A DNA stretch of 64,000 nt, from positions 391 to 64,390 of the forward strand of contig CASGEW010000010.1 of NCBI GenBank assembly GCA_949300615.1, given 5' to 3'. The stretch comes from an uncultured Bacteroidales bacterium. Its GTDB lineage: Bacteria; Bacteroidota; Bacteroidia; Bacteroidales; CHK158-818. Each line of letters opens with the position of its first letter. Position 1 is the stretch's first letter. Below, one piece after another: positions 25,920 through 37,419 of this stretch. The position numbers and the translations under genes are program-made. The notes beneath the pieces are model-generated. The model made no database searches. It was not told the origin of the DNA and worked only from the letters and a program-made list of their open reading frames with translations.

Positions 25920-28134
25920 ATGGGGAAAGTCGTCTCTAAGATATATCCGGTGCTCGATATGCACTGTGCCGCTTGTGCCCAGGCGGTAGAAAAAGGAGTC
26001 AAGCACCTGCGTGGGGTGGAGAAAGCTGATGTAAATCTGGCCTTGAACGTTTTGTATGTCGATTTCGACAAGGAGAAAATATCGCCGGAAAAGTTGCAAA
26101 AAGAGGTACAGGCACTGGGGTACGACCTGATCATAGAAGAGGAGAACAGTTTTGAAAAGCAGGAAAAAGAGCAGAAGAAACATTATCGGCAGATGAAACG
26201 CCGTACCGTAGGGGCCTGGCTTTTCTCGATACCGGTATTTCTGTTGTCGATGGGGTTTATCCACGCGGAAAATGCCAACTGGATCATGTTCGGGTTGACG
26301 CTACCGGTGATGTTGATATTCGGTAGGACATTCTATATCAGCGGCTTCAAACAGTTGATCCATTTTCGTGCCAACATGGACACATTGGTGGCCCTCAGTA
26401 CCACGATTGCCTTTCTGTTCAGCCTGTTCAATACCCTTTATCCTGAATTTTGGATGAGCCAGAACATCGAGCCGCATGTATATTACGAGGCGGTGGATGT
26501 GGTGATTGCTTTTGTCCTGTTGGGTAAATTGATGGAGGAGCGTGCCAAAGGCAGTACCACCGAGGCGTTGAAGAAACTGATCGGGTTGCAGGCCCGCAAG
26601 GCTCGGGTAGAAACCGACGAGGGGTTGAAAATCATTCCTGTTTCCCTCTTGAAAAAAGATATGATTGTCAGCATCCGTCCCGGGGAGAAGATACCCGTAG
26701 ATGGCATCCTGACCGAAGGTTCTTCGTTTGTGGACGAAAGCATGATAACCGGCGAGCCGGTAGCCGTAGAGAAAGATCCCGGCAGCAAAGTGTATGCCGG
26801 AACCATTAACCAAAAAGGAGCATTCCGTTTTCGGGCTACCGAGGTGGGGGCCGATACCTTCCTGTCGCAAATTATCCGGATGGTACAGGAGGCACAAGGT
26901 AGCAAGGCCCCTGTACAGCGGTTGGTCGATAAAATCTCCAATATCTTTGTTCCGGCGGTTATCGGAATCGCCGTTCTGACCTGTATCCTCTGGATGGTGA
27001 TAGGCGGGACTCCCTATTTCTCCTATGCCCTGCTTTCGGCCGTATCGGTGTTGGTGATAGCCTGCCCCTGTGCCTTGGGATTGGCTACTCCTACGGCGTT
27101 GATGGTCGGTATAGGGAAAGGGGCCGAAAACCATATCTTAATCAAAGAGGCCCTTGCGCTCGAACAGATGAAAAGGGTCGATACGGTTGTATTCGACAAA
27201 ACCGGTACCCTTACCCAAGGACGGCCTTCGGTAGTTCAGCTGGTGCGCATGGGGAGAGAGGCCGATAGGGTGATGCCGTTGTTGTATCGGGCCGAACAGA
27301 TGTCCGAACATCCCTTGGCAGAGGCGGTGGTAAAATACATCGAGGCGAGCGGGTTGCTTACCTATTACCGAAATGATACCATCGAAGATTTTACCGAAAG
27401 GAGTCCTCTTTCGTTGCGGTCAGGAACGTTATTGGGTCGGTAACGAGGCGTTACTTTCTGACCAGAAGATACCGACTGATGACGTTGTGAAAGAGCGTAT
27501 AAAAGAGTGGCAGGAAGAGGGCAAAAGTATCGTTTTGTTTGGCGATACGAAAGCTATATGGGTCATGGCCGCTATCTCAGATCCGATCAAGCCGAAGTCG
27601 GTAGAGGCTATCGCCCGGCTCAAAGAGATGGGTATCGAGGTGTGTATGCTCACTGGCGATAACGAACGGACGGCACAAGCCATTGCTCGTCAGGCGGGAA
27701 TAGACCGGGTACGGGCATCGGCCCTTCCTTCGGACAAGGAACACTATGTCCGTTCGTTACAGCAGCAAGGCCGAGTGGTGGCCATGGTAGGCGACGGGAT
27801 CAACGACTCGCAGGCATTGGCAGTTGCCGATGTCAGCGTAGCCATGGGGAGAGGTACCGATGTGGCGATGAGCGTTGCGATGATGACCCTCATTACCTCC
27901 GATTTAACCCTCCTTCCCAAGGCGATTGTCCTTTCAAAAGAGACGGTAGCGTGTATGCGTCGGAACCTCTTCTGGGCCTTCATATATAATGTGATTGCCA
28001 TTCCGGTTGCAGCCGGAATCTTGTTCCCCCTTTGCGGGTTTTTGTTGAACCCGATGATTGCCGGTGCGGCGATGGCTTTCAGTTCCGTATCGGTGGTGCT
28101 GAACAGTTTGCGATTGAAACGAATTATTTTATAA
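25920..28134 (+). pseudogene. copA: copper-translocating P1B-type ATPase, frame broken by a +1 shift (true pseudogene or assembly error)
   Basis: ORFs 25920..27443 (frame 0) and 27373..28134 (frame 1) together carry the N-terminal HMA CxxC motif (MHCAACA), CPC (IACPCALG), DKTGT, and GDGINDS. The shift lies within 27373-27443. Candidate sites are the T4 run at 27389-27392 and the A3 run at 27396-27398. Confidence 0.9.
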
Positions 28135-28144
28135 AAATAGAACG

Positions 28145-28357
28145 ATGGAAACAATGCAGTTTAAAACCAACGCCAAATGTGGTGGATGCGTGGCTCAGAT
28201 AGGAGCTAAGCTAAACAACATTTTAAAGGAAGAGCAGTGGACTATCGATTTGAAGAGTCCGGACCGAACGTTGTCGGTAACTACCGACCTGCCCGAACAG
28301 GCCATTGTCGATGCCGTGCGTGAAGCCGGCTTTACCGCCCAACGGATAACAAAATGA
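28145..28357 (+). CDS. heavy-metal-associated domain protein (CopZ-like metallochaperone)
   Basis: 70 aa with a KCGGC metal-binding motif and a ferredoxin-like HMA length, directly after copA. Confidence 0.75.
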   Translation: METMQFKTNAKCGGCVAQIGAKLNNILKEEQWTIDLKSPDRTLSVTTDLPEQAIVDAVREAGFTAQRITK

Positions 28358-28390
28358 CATAAGGGAGAGGTTAAAAGCCTCTCCCTTATG
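28358..28390. terminator. bidirectional stem-loop terminator
   Basis: cataagggagagg-ttaaaag-cctctcccttatg is a 13-bp perfect stem between convergent genes. Confidence 0.75.
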
Positions 28391-28391
28391 T

Positions 28392-29306
28392 TTATAACGG
28401 TTTGAAAACAACTTCCAACCCGTCGTAGGCCGCCTTTAAGGGAGTCGGCAGTTGGGCATCTAGTTCGGCTTGTGTCCCATGTAGCGTACGGGCCAAATGG
28501 GTAAGGAAGACCGGTTGTCCGGGTGGAGGGGTATAGCGTTTCGTATTTTCCAATACTTTGACGGTTCTCATTACGCCATCTACGCTGGTGTGGGTAAAAA
28601 GCCTGAAATCAGTATCCTGGCCCATTCCCATGGTAGCTTCCATGATAAGCCCAGTTAGAGGTTTCCCGTTTGGGTCATGGGCGTCGATGCCGATGATGCG
28701 TGTGGCAACGGCCGGAAGCCCTCCGGTGTCGGTAGCGTACAATACCCGGGCTCCGTCTTTCTCGATAAGATAAAGAAGAGCCTGTTCAAAAATATTCTCA
28801 GTAGCATGGTTGGCAGGGACAGGGGTGATGGTCAGATTGCTTAGTTTTATTTTCTGCCCGATGTGAAGAGGCGTGATTTCAGGCATGGGACAATTCAGTT
28901 CCGTAGCTGCATTTTGAAATATTTTTACGGCCATATCGTACCACGTTTGGCTGAGGAAAACCTGTTTTATGCCTGCCCGTAAAGCCGTCATGGAATTGAA
29001 GTGGTCGCCGTGCGAATGGGTGTAAAAAATCGTGTCGGGATGAGCATCGGCAGGAATCATATCGACGGCAATAGGGGTGAGATCGATCAGGATGTGTTTT
29101 TCTATCAGAATACTTGATAACCGGCGTATCTCTCCGCGTTCGTCTTTGCCGTTCCAGTCGGCGGCCCCCGTACCTAAAAAACGGATGGCTATACCGTTTT
29201 GTTTTTGGTTTGTCGAAATATCCCTATCCAGAATACTGTTTACGGAAGTTGCCGAAACCGCTAACGGCGACGATATAGCTGCTTTTACAAATGTCCTTCT
29301 GTCCAT
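28392..29306 (-). CDS. MBL-fold metallo-hydrolase with a Tat-like signal
   Basis: 304 aa. The N-terminus is MDRRTFVKAAISSPLAV (twin-arginine type). It carries the HxHxDH motif YTHSHGDHF. Confidence 0.8.
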   Translation of the reverse strand: MDRRTFVKAAISSPLAVSATSVNSILDRDISTNQKQNGIAIRFLGTGAADWNGKDERGEIRRLSSILIEKHILIDLTPIAVDMIPADAHPDTIFYTHSHGDHFNSMTALRAGIKQVFLSQTWYDMAVKIFQNAATELNCPMPEITPLHIGQKIKLSNLTITPVPANHATENIFEQALLYLIEKDGARVLYATDTGGLPAVATRIIGIDAHDPNGKPLTGLIMEATMGMGQDTDFRLFTHTSVDGVMRTVKVLENTKRYTPPPGQPVFLTHLARTLHGTQAELDAQLPTPLKAAYDGLEVVFKPL

Positions 29307-29348
29307 AACTTGTCTCTGCTTGATGTTTGGAAAAATACAAAAATTCTC

Positions 29349-30404
29349 TTACCGCATATATTTTAAATGGGAGTTGTCGGTTACGACACGGTTGTCTTGT
29401 ATATGCAGGTTAAAGAACATACCCGATCCTCCGTCGTTTGCCGTTTCGAGGATTTTGTTTTCCGTGGTGGCATTGTGTTGGGCAAAGCCGGCATTCATAT
29501 TCATTACGTCTGAATTAAACGCACCTTCCGATTTGAATACAACGTGTTTCTTTCCGCGTTTTGAATACCAATAAGCGTAACAGTTGTTGTAAAGGCTTCG
29601 TCCGTTTTTGATGTAGAATGCCGTAGCAAACTCGTCGCTGTAACAAAAATCGTACCAGTTGTTTTGTTGCTCATCCAGGAATCCGCAACTGGTTTCGTAT
29701 TCGTTGTCCGATCCGTAATACAGCGGATGGATATTGCGTAATATGTTGGCCTCTGATCGGATACAAAATCCGATGTGTACCCCACCGATTCGCATATTGG
29801 TAAATGTGTTGTCGTAGCCCTCTACCAATACGCCGATACAGTCGGGATTGTTGTTGCCGACAATATTTACATTGTGTATGTCGCAGTCGGAGGAACCGTT
29901 GTTGGCTCCGGGTTTGATATGGATACCCAACGTAACGTTTTTGATGGAGGTGTTGCGTATGACGGTTTCGCGGCCGTTGTCGATCGAGATACCTTTGGCA
30001 ATTCCACTGCCGTCGATAACACCTCCGTCAAGGTAGTAGTTGCTACCGGGAGTTTGAATGTTATTGGCCGGATCTTTGCCACCCAGGCGGATCATCGCTT
30101 CTGAGGAAGACCAGTTATCGGCCGCCTTGATAATGGCGTAGTTGGAGAGTTCGAGGGCGACGCTTTTCGAGGGAGAGGCAGGTGTCAGAATCGGTTTGCT
30201 GATCAGATAGACCCCGTCGGGGAAATAAATAGTACGATTGGGGTTGGAGTCTATGATTCTTTGCAAAGCGTCGCTTACATCAGCCTTGCCGTCAGTTTTG
30301 ACGTGCACGGCTACATCTTTGTCCTTAGGAGCATGAAGCCCTAAAACGGATATGGTCATCATCATTGCCATGAATGACAAGGTTAATCGCTTGGTATGTT
30401 TCAT
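29349..30404 (-). CDS. secreted right-handed beta-helix protein (pectate-lyase-superfamily / GH28-related)
   Basis: 351 aa with a signal peptide. DVSDALQRIIDSNPNRTIYFPDGVYLISKPI is typical of Pectate_lyase_3-type N-termini. The body has repetitive N/G/I-rich beta-helix coils. Confidence 0.6.
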   Translation of the reverse strand: MKHTKRLTLSFMAMMMTISVLGLHAPKDKDVAVHVKTDGKADVSDALQRIIDSNPNRTIYFPDGVYLISKPILTPASPSKSVALELSNYAIIKAADNWSSSEAMIRLGGKDPANNIQTPGSNYYLDGGVIDGSGIAKGISIDNGRETVIRNTSIKNVTLGIHIKPGANNGSSDCDIHNVNIVGNNNPDCIGVLVEGYDNTFTNMRIGGVHIGFCIRSEANILRNIHPLYYGSDNEYETSCGFLDEQQNNWYDFCYSDEFATAFYIKNGRSLYNNCYAYWYSKRGKKHVVFKSEGAFNSDVMNMNAGFAQHNATTENKILETANDGGSGMFFNLHIQDNRVVTDNSHLKYMR

Positions 30405-30600
30405 GTTTCAGGAAGGTGTTCTTATTGTTGAATCTGAATTGTTCCGTTCGTGACGCCAAAGGTTAAAAAACAGAGGCAAGTTAAAGGAAATATGGGGAAT
30501 TTGCAAATACGAGAAGGAAAACTCTTGTTCAGTCCGCAGTTTCAACCGCTATCTTTCTCTTGTACGGTAAAAAAAAATAGGCGTAGGGCGTATCTTTTAA

Positions 30601-30638
30601 AGATCGAAGGGCAGTTCATTTGAACTGCCCTTCGATCT
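30601..30638 (-). terminator. alaS terminator hairpin
   Basis: agatcgaagggcagttca-tt-tgaactgcccttcgatct is an 18-bp perfect stem, 18 nt downstream of the alaS stop. Confidence 0.7.
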
Positions 30639-30655
30639 TATAGGTAAATAGCAAT

Positions 30656-33274
30656 TTATTTCTCTGCCAGTTCGATGATTTTGTCGATAGCGGCACTGAG
30701 GCCTTCGGCATCCTTCCCGCCGGCTTGTGCAAAATGTGGTTGTCCGCCTCCTCCTCCGTGGATGAGTTTGGCTCCTTCGCGAACCAGTGCCGAGGCGTTC
30801 AATCCGGCAGCTACCAAATCGTCGCTAAGCATAACCGTCAGCAACGGTTTGTTGTTAAATACGGTTCCGGCGACAAACAGCAGGTGCTCTTTGATTTCTC
30901 CGCGTAACTGGAACGCAATGTCTTTGATTGCTTCGGGGCGGATTTCTGTTTTTGTTTGGATAACCTTCATTCCCGACCGTTCCTGTATCTGTTTGATGAG
31001 GAGATTTTTCAAAGTAGTTACTTTTTCTTTGAAAAACTCTTCTGCCTGTCTTTTTAATTCGGCATTTTCTTCGATGGCCTTTTGGATGGCTGCGGTCAGG
31101 TTTGGAGCATTGTTGAACAGGCTGCGTACCTCTTTCAACATATCCTGTTGGAGGTTAATCAACTCTTCCACCTTTCCTGCGGTAACGGCCTCTATCCGTC
31201 GTATGCCTGCTGCAATGGAGCTTTCAGATAAAATCTTGACCATCCCGATGTTTCCGGTAGAGGCAACGTGCGTACCCCCGCAAAGCTCGATGGAAGATCC
31301 GTATTTGATGACACGTACCTCTTCGCCGTATTTTTCGCCGAAAAGTGCCATGGCGCCCAGTTTGCGGGCTTCGGCTATCGGCATGGAGCGGTTCTCTTCC
31401 AGCGGTTCGTTCCGGCGGATCTTTTCGTTGGCCAGCCGTTCCACTTCGCGTAGCTCTTCGTCGGTTACTTTCTGGAAATGGGAGAAGTCGAACCGCAGGC
31501 TTTCGGGGCCTACCAACGACCCTTTTTGTTCTACGTGCGTACCCAGTACGGTGCGTAAGGCTTCGTGCAACAGGTGTGTAGCCGTATGGTTGCACGCCGT
31601 TGCCTGACGGGCTTTTTTGTCGATTACGGCGTGGAATGTAGCCGTTACGTCCTGAGGCAGGCGTTGGGTGATGTGTACGCCTAAGTTGTTCTCTTTTTTG
31701 GTAGTGATTACCCGGATGGTTTCTTCTTCGCCTATCAGTTCTCCGCTGTCGCCTACCTGTCCCCCGCTTTCGGCATAGAAGGGGGTTTTGTCCAAAACGA
31801 TTTGGTACAGTTCCTGGTTTTTCTGTTTGATTTTGCGGTAACGCAATATCTCGGCATCACATTCGGTAAAGTCGTATCCGATAAAGTGGGGTTCTCCCTC
31901 TTTGAGGACGATCCAGTCTCCCGTTTCAACAGCGGCGGCATTGCGTGCCCGCTCTTTCTGCTGTTGCATCTGGGTATTGAACTCTTCCAGGTCGGCAGTC
32001 AAGCCGTTCTCTTTTAGAATCAGTTCCGTCAGGTCGAGCGGGAATCCGAAGGTGTCGTACAAGGTAAAGGCATCTACTCCGCTGATTCTCTTTTTCCCCT
32101 CTTTCTGGGCATCGGCCATCACTTTGTCGAGTAGCCGGATACCGGTTTCCAGCGTACGCAGGAAAGACTCTTCTTCCTCTTTGATTACTTTCTCGATCAA
32201 TGTCTTTTGTGCCGACAGTTCTGGATAGGCATCGCCCATGGTATCGATCAGGGCCGGCAGCAGTTTGTACAGGAATGCCTGTTTCTGCCCTAAGAATGTG
32301 TAGCCGTAGCGGACAGCCCGGCGCAAGATGCGGCGGATGACATATCCGGCTTTGGCGTTCGAGGGCAGTTGTCCGTCGGTGATGGCGAACGAGATGGTAC
32401 GGATGTGGTCGGCGATGACGCGCATGGCGATGTCGCTTTGTTCCGACTCTCCGTATCGCTTTCCGCACAATATCCCGATGGCCGCGATAATGGGTTGGAA
32501 AACATCGGTGTCGTAGTTGGATGTCTTGCCTTGTATGGCCATACAGAGGCGTTCAAATCCCATACCCGTGTCGATTACTTTCGCCGGCAGGCTTTCGAGC
32601 GATCCGTCCGCTCTGCGGTTGTATTGCATGAATACCAGGTTCCAGATCTCTATCACCTGCGGATGGCTTTTATTGACCAGTTCCAATCCGTCGATTTCAG
32701 CCCGTTCCCGGTCGCTTCGCAGGTCGATGTGGATTTCCGAGCAGGGGCCGCACGGTCCGGTGTCGCCCATTTCCCAGAAATTATCCTTGCGGTTGCCGTT
32801 GATGATGCGTTCTTTGGGTAAGAACCGTTCCCAATATCCGGCGGCTTCGTTGTCGCGTTCCAGCCCTTCGGGGGCATATCCTTCAAATACGGTAGCGTAC
32901 AAGCGGTCGGGACTCAGTTTGAGTACGTCCACCAGGTATTCCCAGGCCCATTCGATAGCCTCTTTCTTGAAATAGTCGCCGAACGACCAGTTGCCCAGCA
33001 TCTCGAACATCGTGTGGTGATAGGTATCCAGCCCCACCTCTTCCAGGTCGTTGTGCTTGCCGCTTACCCGGAGGCACTTTTGGGAGTCGGCCACCCGTTT
33101 ATATTTAGCCGTGGTATTACCCAGGATAATATCTTTGAACTGGTTCATCCCCGCGTTGGTGAACATCAGGGTAGGGTCGTCTTTTACCACCATCGGAGCC
33201 GAAGGAACAATTTGGTGGCCCTTGGTTGCAAAAAAGTCTTTGAATGACTGTCTGATTTCTTTGGCTGTGCGCAT
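30656..33274 (-). CDS. alaS: alanine--tRNA ligase
   Basis: 872 aa from [29 protein letters not shown]. It has class II motifs, the editing domain (HTATHLLH ... CGGTH) and a C-terminal DHHA1-type region. The track ORF extends 83 codons upstream spuriously. Confidence 0.97.
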   Translation of the reverse strand: MRTAKEIRQSFKDFFATKGHQIVPSAPMVVKDDPTLMFTNAGMNQFKDIILGNTTAKYKRVADSQKCLRVSGKHNDLEEVGLDTYHHTMFEMLGNWSFGDYFKKEAIEWAWEYLVDVLKLSPDRLYATVFEGYAPEGLERDNEAAGYWERFLPKERIINGNRKDNFWEMGDTGPCGPCSEIHIDLRSDRERAEIDGLELVNKSHPQVIEIWNLVFMQYNRRADGSLESLPAKVIDTGMGFERLCMAIQGKTSNYDTDVFQPIIAAIGILCGKRYGESEQSDIAMRVIADHIRTISFAITDGQLPSNAKAGYVIRRILRRAVRYGYTFLGQKQAFLYKLLPALIDTMGDAYPELSAQKTLIEKVIKEEEESFLRTLETGIRLLDKVMADAQKEGKKRISGVDAFTLYDTFGFPLDLTELILKENGLTADLEEFNTQMQQQKERARNAAAVETGDWIVLKEGEPHFIGYDFTECDAEILRYRKIKQKNQELYQIVLDKTPFYAESGGQVGDSGELIGEEETIRVITTKKENNLGVHITQRLPQDVTATFHAVIDKKARQATACNHTATHLLHEALRTVLGTHVEQKGSLVGPESLRFDFSHFQKVTDEELREVERLANEKIRRNEPLEENRSMPIAEARKLGAMALFGEKYGEEVRVIKYGSSIELCGGTHVASTGNIGMVKILSESSIAAGIRRIEAVTAGKVEELINLQQDMLKEVRSLFNNAPNLTAAIQKAIEENAELKRQAEEFFKEKVTTLKNLLIKQIQERSGMKVIQTKTEIRPEAIKDIAFQLRGEIKEHLLFVAGTVFNNKPLLTVMLSDDLVAAGLNASALVREGAKLIHGGGGGQPHFAQAGGKDAEGLSAAIDKIIELAEK

Positions 33275-33371
33275 ATTCTGTTTTATGTTAAATTTACATT
33301 TTTTCGGGAATCCAATCCGATAAACATCCAAAATATCTTCCCGTAATATTAATATTCTGAAAAACAATTTG

Positions 33372-33379
33372 CAAAAATA
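33372..33379 (-). promoter_or_regulatory. -7 box (TATTTTTG on the minus strand) candidate for alaS
   Basis: caaaaata on the plus strand, ~98 nt upstream of the ATG at 33274. Confidence 0.35.
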
Positions 33380-33390
33380 ACGCAAAATAT

Positions 33391-33398
33391 TAATTTTG
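33391..33398 (+). promoter_or_regulatory. -7 box TAATTTTG candidate for the M23 peptidase gene
   Basis: Matches TAnnTTTG, ~92 nt upstream of the ATG at 33490. Confidence 0.35.
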
Positions 33399-33489
33399 CG
33401 CCTATTGTGGCATGAAAAAATGCTAATAGTTTCCCCGAAAATACCGTATTTCGACGGTCGATGCCGGGAAAAAAGAGGCTCATATACGC

Positions 33490-34461
33490 ATGAGAAAAAA
33501 GATATATTACATATATAACCCAACCACGCTGAACTATGATCGGGTTTATCCCTCTTTGTGGGAACGGATTTTTACCGTCATGCGCCATCTGTTTATGGGT
33601 ATTCTGATTGGTGTGGGTATTTTTGCCGGATTGAATTATTTCATCGACTCACCGCAGGAAAAGAAGATGAAGAAAGAGCAGGAGGAGCTTCTTTTGCAGT
33701 ACAACCTGATGTCGAAGCAGTTGGATGAGGCCTTGACGGTGCTTTCCGATATCCAGCAACGGGACGATAACCTGTACCGAGTCCTTTTACAAGGCGAACC
33801 CATACCGGCTACCACCCGAAAAGCCGGCCTGGGAGCAGACAACCGTTATAACCACCTCTCCTCATTGCCGGATGCCGACCTGGTGATATCCACGGCAAAA
33901 AAGGTGGACCAGTTGCGGCGTCAACTCTACATACAGGCCCAGTCGTTCGATGAGATTGTCGAATTGGGACGTACCCACGAAGATCGGTTGAAATGTATCC
34001 CCGCCATACAACCTGTTGCCAATAAAGATTTGAAACGTACCGCTTCCGGTTACGGATGGCGTACCGACCCCATTTACAAGACTCGCCGTTTTCACGAGGG
34101 GATGGATTTTACAGCCCCTATTGGGACACCGGTTTATGTAACGGGCGACGGAACGGTTGAGTTTGCCGGTTGGCAAAAAGGGTATGGAAACACGGTGGTG
34201 ATAGACCACGGCTATGGATATAAAACACGTTATGCCCACCTGAGTAAAATATTGACGCAAAGGGCCCGTAAGGTAAAACGCGGCGAGGAGATTGCTTTGG
34301 TGGGGAATACCGGTAAATCTACCGGGCCGCATCTGCATTACGAAGTAATCTACAAAGGCCAGCACGTGAATCCGGTTAATTACTATTACATGGATTTGTC
34401 GCCGGAGGAATATGATAATATGATACAGTTGGCTGAAAACCAAGGACAAGTAATGGATTGA
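33490..34461 (+). CDS. M23-family metallopeptidase (membrane-anchored)
   Basis: 323 aa with an N-terminal TM segment, a coiled-coil and the LytM motifs HEGMDF ... [15 protein letters not shown]. Confidence 0.9.
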   Translation: MRKKIYYIYNPTTLNYDRVYPSLWERIFTVMRHLFMGILIGVGIFAGLNYFIDSPQEKKMKKEQEELLLQYNLMSKQLDEALTVLSDIQQRDDNLYRVLLQGEPIPATTRKAGLGADNRYNHLSSLPDADLVISTAKKVDQLRRQLYIQAQSFDEIVELGRTHEDRLKCIPAIQPVANKDLKRTASGYGWRTDPIYKTRRFHEGMDFTAPIGTPVYVTGDGTVEFAGWQKGYGNTVVIDHGYGYKTRYAHLSKILTQRARKVKRGEEIALVGNTGKSTGPHLHYEVIYKGQHVNPVNYYYMDLSPEEYDNMIQLAENQGQVMD

Positions 34462-34463
34462 TT

Positions 34464-34790
34464 ATGGGAAGAGACGAGAATAAACTGTACTACACTATCG
34501 GAGAGGTGGCGGAGATGTTTCAGGTAAATGAATCATTGCTCCGTTTCTGGGAAAAAGAGTTCGACATTTTGTCTCCCCGCAAATCCGATCGGGGAACGCG
34601 CCGTTACAGCCGCGAAGATGTGGACCATGTAGCGTTGATTTATCACTTGGTCAAGGAGAAGAAACTAACCTTGGCAGGTGCCCGGAAACAACTCAAAGAC
34701 AATAAAGAGGGGGTAAAGCGTACGCATGAGGTGATTGCCCGTCTGGTGTCTATCCGCGAGGAGTTGACTGCTATCCGTGACGAGTTGTAA
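34464..34790 (+). CDS. MerR-family transcriptional regulator
   Basis: YYTIGEVAEMFQVNESLLRFWEKEFDILSPRKSDRGTRRYSREDV is a MerR-type HTH. The ATG at 34464 is preferred to the TTG at 34458. Confidence 0.75.
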   Translation: MGRDENKLYYTIGEVAEMFQVNESLLRFWEKEFDILSPRKSDRGTRRYSREDVDHVALIYHLVKEKKLTLAGARKQLKDNKEGVKRTHEVIARLVSIREELTAIRDEL

Positions 34791-34891
34791 CGAAGGTGGT
34801 GTGGGTGTGCCGCACGTTCTTTAAATAGAAAAGATTCTATAATTTCATTCAATCAGTATTTGTATGGACATTGGGCATTGCCCGGATAAGA

Positions 34892-34922
34892 AATAACCTC
34901 GGATCATCCATCCGAGGTTATT
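34892..34922. terminator. bidirectional stem-loop terminator
   Basis: aataacctcgga-tcatcca-tccgaggttatt is a 12-bp stem with T-rich flanks on both strands, between merR (+) and murF-alr (-). Confidence 0.7.
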
Positions 34923-34950
34923 CCGTTTTCTTATCGGTATTCTTGTGCGA

Positions 34951-37419
34951 TTATTCCCTGAAATAGACACGTTTTACGCGGGCCGATATGGAAGCGAGCA
35001 CTTCGTAGGGGATGGTCCCCAGCAGGTCCGATATTTCGGTAACCGGTTGGTTGTCTCCGAAGATTTCCACCTTGTCGCCTTCCTCACATTCAATGTCGGT
35101 TACATCTACCATGCAGACATCCATGCAGATGTTGCCTACTACCGGCGCCTTTTTCCCCTTGATGATTACGTGTCCTATGCCGTTTCCCAGGTGGCGGTCG
35201 AAACCGTCGGCGTACCCGATGGGTATGGCCGCTATGCGCGAATCCCGGGTCAATACGCCTTTACGGCTGTATCCTACGGTCTCTCCTGCCGGTAGCTCCT
35301 TAATTTGCAGGATAGTGGTTTTCAGCGTACTCACGTTGCGCAGTCCCTCTTCTCCGGCGCAAGGGATACCGTATAACCCGATGCCCAATCGAACAATGTC
35401 CATTTGTGCTTCCGGGAAACGGTATATACCGGCCGTATTCAAAATATGCCGCAAGACCCGTTGGGTAGAGGCTTCTTGCAAAGCGTCGGCACATTCGGTG
35501 AATACGGCGATCTGTTTTCGGGTAAAATCGTCGAACTCGGGATTGTCGCTTCCTGCCAGGTGCGAGAATACCGAGCGGGGGACAACAGAGGGTTGTGATT
35601 TTAAAATGGAGACCAGCTCGGGAACATCCTCCTTGACAAATCCCAGCCGGTGCATACCCGAGTCGATCTTGATGTGTATGGGATAACGGGTAACGCCCAG
35701 CCGTTCGGCTTCGCGGATAAAAGCATTCAATAGTTTAAAGCTGTATATCTCCGGTTCCAGCGAATAGCTGAACAGTGTCCGGAAACTGCTCATTTCCGGG
35801 TTCATCACCATGATGGGCATGGTGATACCGGCTTTTCGCAATTCAGCCCCTTCATCGGCAACAGCCACGGCCACATATTCGCATCCGTGTTCTTGCAGGG
35901 TTTTGGCCACTTCGTACGACCCGGCACCGTACCCGAAAGCCTTGACCATACAGATCATCTTGGTGCCGCTTTTGAGCCTCTGTCGGTAGAAGTTGTAGTT
36001 GTTTACAACGGCATCGAGATTGACTTCGAGGATCGTTTCATGCTGTTTCAGTTCCAACTCTTCCGAGATGCGTTCAAAATGGAACTCCCGCGAGCCTTTT
36101 ATCAACACGATTTCGTGTTTGAAGTTTTCGATGCTCTCGTCCATGAGAAAAGAGGTGGTATTCGGGAAAAACTCTTTCTCGATGTTTGTAAAGATTTTGG
36201 CGTTTTCCGATATATTGGTTCCGATACCGATCAAGCGGTCTATCCCTTTGCGTTGCAACACGTCTGCCACTTTGCGGTAGAGCGTCGAGCTGAGCATACC
36301 CGTTTGCAGGATATCCGACAATATCAGGGTCTTGCGCATATCGGACCCGGCCGATCGCCGCACCAGAAAATCGAGTGCTATCTCCAAGGAGTTGATATCG
36401 GAGTTATAGGTATCGTTTATAATCAGGCAGTCATTACGCCCCTCTTTTACCTCCATCCGCATGGCTACCGGTTCCAGTTTCTCCATTCGTTCAGTGATGA
36501 CTTGCGGTGATATACCTAAATATAACAGGGCAGCTAAACAATGGATGGCATTTTCGACCGAGGCATCTTCGATAAACGGAATCTTAAACCGGTTGATGTA
36601 TCGCAAGTAAGAGTATTCAATATCGGTATAGGTGTCGTGTTTCTCTATTTTCGAGATGTAGAGAGGGCTTTCCCGGTCGGTTTTTGACCAGGCGATCTCC
36701 CTGGAAGTGAGGCACATCTTTTCGACACAATCGGAAATGAGCAGATTATCGCCGTTGTATATGATGATGTCGGACCCTTTGAAAAGTTCTAATTTCTCCA
36801 TGCACTTTTCTTGCAGGGAGTGGAATCCGCCCTGATGCGCATCGCCCAGGTTGGTCAATATCCCTATTTTGGGACGTATGACGGTGGCAATCTTGTCCAT
36901 TTCGCCCACTTCCGAGATGCCGGCTTCAAAGATGGCCAGACCGGTACTATTATTCATTTGCCAGACGGACAACGGAACGCCGATCTGCGAGTTGTAGCTG
37001 CGTGGCGAGCGTACCACGTTGTAGTCTGATTGCAAAAGCTGGTACAGCCACTCTTTTACGATGGTCTTGCCGTTGCTGCCCGAAATGCCGATAACGGGGA
37101 TATCGAATTTCTTGCGGTGAAATGCCGCCAACTGTTGCAACGCTTGCAACGTATTGGGTACGAACAACAGGTTTATATCGGGTAGTTTCTGAATTTCGGG
37201 CGACGTATGGCTAACCACAAAGTTGCGTACCCCCTGTTTGTATAGTCCGAAAATATACCGGTGCCCGTCGTTGCGCTGGGTAACTAAGGCAAAAAAGAGG
37301 CTCTCTTCCGGGAATGTCAATGACCGGCTGTCGGTCAGCAGTACCGAGATGTTGCTGTCGGTCAGGTGTTGGTATTCGGCTTTGATGATATGGGCAATTT
37401 CTTGTATCGAATAGTTCAT
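34951..37419 (-). CDS. bifunctional UDP-N-acetylmuramoyl-tripeptide--D-alanyl-D-alanine ligase / alanine racemase
   Basis: 822 aa. The N-half is a Mur ligase (GISGSNGKT). The C-half is an alanine racemase (PLP-lysine context MVKAFGYGAGSYEVA). This fusion is typical of Bacteroidota. Confidence 0.9.
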   Translation of the reverse strand: MNYSIQEIAHIIKAEYQHLTDSNISVLLTDSRSLTFPEESLFFALVTQRNDGHRYIFGLYKQGVRNFVVSHTSPEIQKLPDINLLFVPNTLQALQQLAAFHRKKFDIPVIGISGSNGKTIVKEWLYQLLQSDYNVVRSPRSYNSQIGVPLSVWQMNNSTGLAIFEAGISEVGEMDKIATVIRPKIGILTNLGDAHQGGFHSLQEKCMEKLELFKGSDIIIYNGDNLLISDCVEKMCLTSREIAWSKTDRESPLYISKIEKHDTYTDIEYSYLRYINRFKIPFIEDASVENAIHCLAALLYLGISPQVITERMEKLEPVAMRMEVKEGRNDCLIINDTYNSDINSLEIALDFLVRRSAGSDMRKTLILSDILQTGMLSSTLYRKVADVLQRKGIDRLIGIGTNISENAKIFTNIEKEFFPNTTSFLMDESIENFKHEIVLIKGSREFHFERISEELELKQHETILEVNLDAVVNNYNFYRQRLKSGTKMICMVKAFGYGAGSYEVAKTLQEHGCEYVAVAVADEGAELRKAGITMPIMVMNPEMSSFRTLFSYSLEPEIYSFKLLNAFIREAERLGVTRYPIHIKIDSGMHRLGFVKEDVPELVSILKSQPSVVPRSVFSHLAGSDNPEFDDFTRKQIAVFTECADALQEASTQRVLRHILNTAGIYRFPEAQMDIVRLGIGLYGIPCAGEEGLRNVSTLKTTILQIKELPAGETVGYSRKGVLTRDSRIAAIPIGYADGFDRHLGNGIGHVIIKGKKAPVVGNICMDVCMVDVTDIECEEGDKVEIFGDNQPVTEISDLLGTIPYEVLASISARVKRVYFRE

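Noticed and set aside
29349-30404. Beta-helix protein as a phage tailspike belonging to the particle system
   Set aside because: It has a classical secretory signal peptide. It sits among host genes on the opposite strand, 3.5 kb from terL. It looks like a secreted pectate-lyase-fold glycosidase. Not counted as part of the system.
30675-31607. 310-aa plus-strand ORF
   Set aside because: It is antisense to alaS. The Ser/Ala/Pro-rich translation is typical of a shadow frame.
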